Assembly: GCA_030390025.1 (NCBI GenBank)
Contig: CM059432.1
Location: forward strand, 121,460,001-121,524,000
Source: Squalus acanthias
Lineage: Eukaryota
Length of the DNA stretch: 64,000 bases
Reading direction: 5' to 3'
The notes beneath the pieces are model-generated. The model saw only the letters and a program-made list of their open reading frames with translations, ran no database searches and was not told the DNA's origin. Shown here piece by piece: positions 63,105 to 64,000 of this stretch. Positions within the stretch are counted from its first letter, which is position 1; every line of letters begins with the position of its first letter. The position numbers were made by a program, and so were the translations under genes.

Positions 63105-63522
63105 TGTCAGCTGTGGCTCAGTTGGTAGCACACTTGCCTCTGAGTCAGAAGATTGTGGGTTCAAGTCCCACTCCAGGGACTTGAGCACATAAAGGTAGGT
63201 TGACACTCCAGTGCAGTACTGAGGGAGTGCTGCACTGTCGGAGGTGCCATCTTTTAGATGAGACGTTAAACTGAGGCACCGTCTGCTCTCTCAAGTGGAC
63301 GCAAAAATCCCATGGCACTATTTCGAAGAAGAGCAGGGGAGTTATCCCCGGTGTCCTGGTCAATATTTATCCCTCAACCAACATAACAAAAACAGATTAT
63401 CTGGTCATTATCACATTGCTGTTTGCGGGAGCTTGCTGTGCGCAAATTGGCTGCCGCGTTTCCCACATTACAACAGTGACTCCACTTCATTAGCTGTAAA
63501 GCGCTTTGAGACGTCCGGTGAT
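63105..63522 (+). mobile_element. Deu-domain SINE, near full length
   Basis: TGTCAGCTGTGGCTCAGTTGGTAGCA (A-box), GGTTCAAGTCCC (B-box), core and tail. Confidence 0.92.
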
Positions 63523-63593
63523 CGATTTTTTTTATCCTCTCTTCTGTGCCTAGTAGTGGCGCATGAGGCAGCCCATTTCTTGCACCGAAATAA

Positions 63594-64000
63594 TGAAAGA
63601 CTTGCATTTATATAGCGCCATTTTGTGACCTCAGGGCATAAGAGGTGGACAGCCAATGAAGTACTGTTTGAAGTGTAGTCACTGTTGTAATGTAGGAAAC
63701 GCTACAGTCAATTTGCGCACAGCAAGCTCTCACAGACAGCAATGAGATAATCTGTTTTAGTGATGTTGGTTGAGGGATAAATATTGGCCAAGACAGCGAG
63801 GGGTACCCCCCCTGCTCTTCAAGTAGTGCCCTGGGTTCTTTACGTCCACCTGAGCGGGCAGATGGGGCCTCGATTTAAAGTCTTATCTGAAAGATGGCAC
63901 CTCCAACACTGCAGCACTCCCTCAGTACTGCACTGCTGTGTCAGCCTAGATTTTGTACTTAAGTCTTTGGAGTGGGGCTTGAACCCACAACCTTCTGACT
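63594..64000 (-). mobile_element. Deu-domain SINE, runs off the window end
   Basis: Reverse complement of the SINE tail, core and B-box. Confidence 0.92.

Noticed and set aside
63105..63180. tRNA genes
   Set aside because: The A/B boxes belong to SINE heads that continue into the Deu core; no complete cloverleaf.

Overview
Repeat-dominated eukaryotic DNA, almost certainly from a cartilaginous fish (shark-like): it contains CR1, L2 and RTE LINE fragments, many tRNA-head Deu-domain SINEs, Penelope-like GIY-YIG elements and two solo LTRs. I found no host protein-coding exon that I can support, so this looks like intergenic DNA or a large intron. The main feature is a full-length 4,268-bp PIF/Harbinger DNA transposon (9685-13952; TIR GGGG[G/T]AAAAATT; TSD TAT). 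It carries an intact 398-aa DDE transposase on the minus strand and a convergent three-exon Myb/SANT-like gene on the plus strand, which appears damaged (ATG>ATA start, probable frameshift). Around it is a whole set of relatives: two ~892-bp deletion derivatives that keep both promoters and start regions, a second MITE subfamily, other 3-bp-TSD TIR elements, and relics of older Harbinger genes. The family's insertion sites share a quasi-palindromic consensus (A-N-N-Y-[NNN]-G-W-N-T) that matches CR1 3' tails. Also present are minimal hammerhead ribozymes in the Penelope termini, several multi-layer nested insertions, hairpin arrays inside MITEs, and a repeat-poor stretch (about 54-61 kb) with enhancer-like motifs. 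Boundaries of old, degraded repeats are approximate because they were read by eye.
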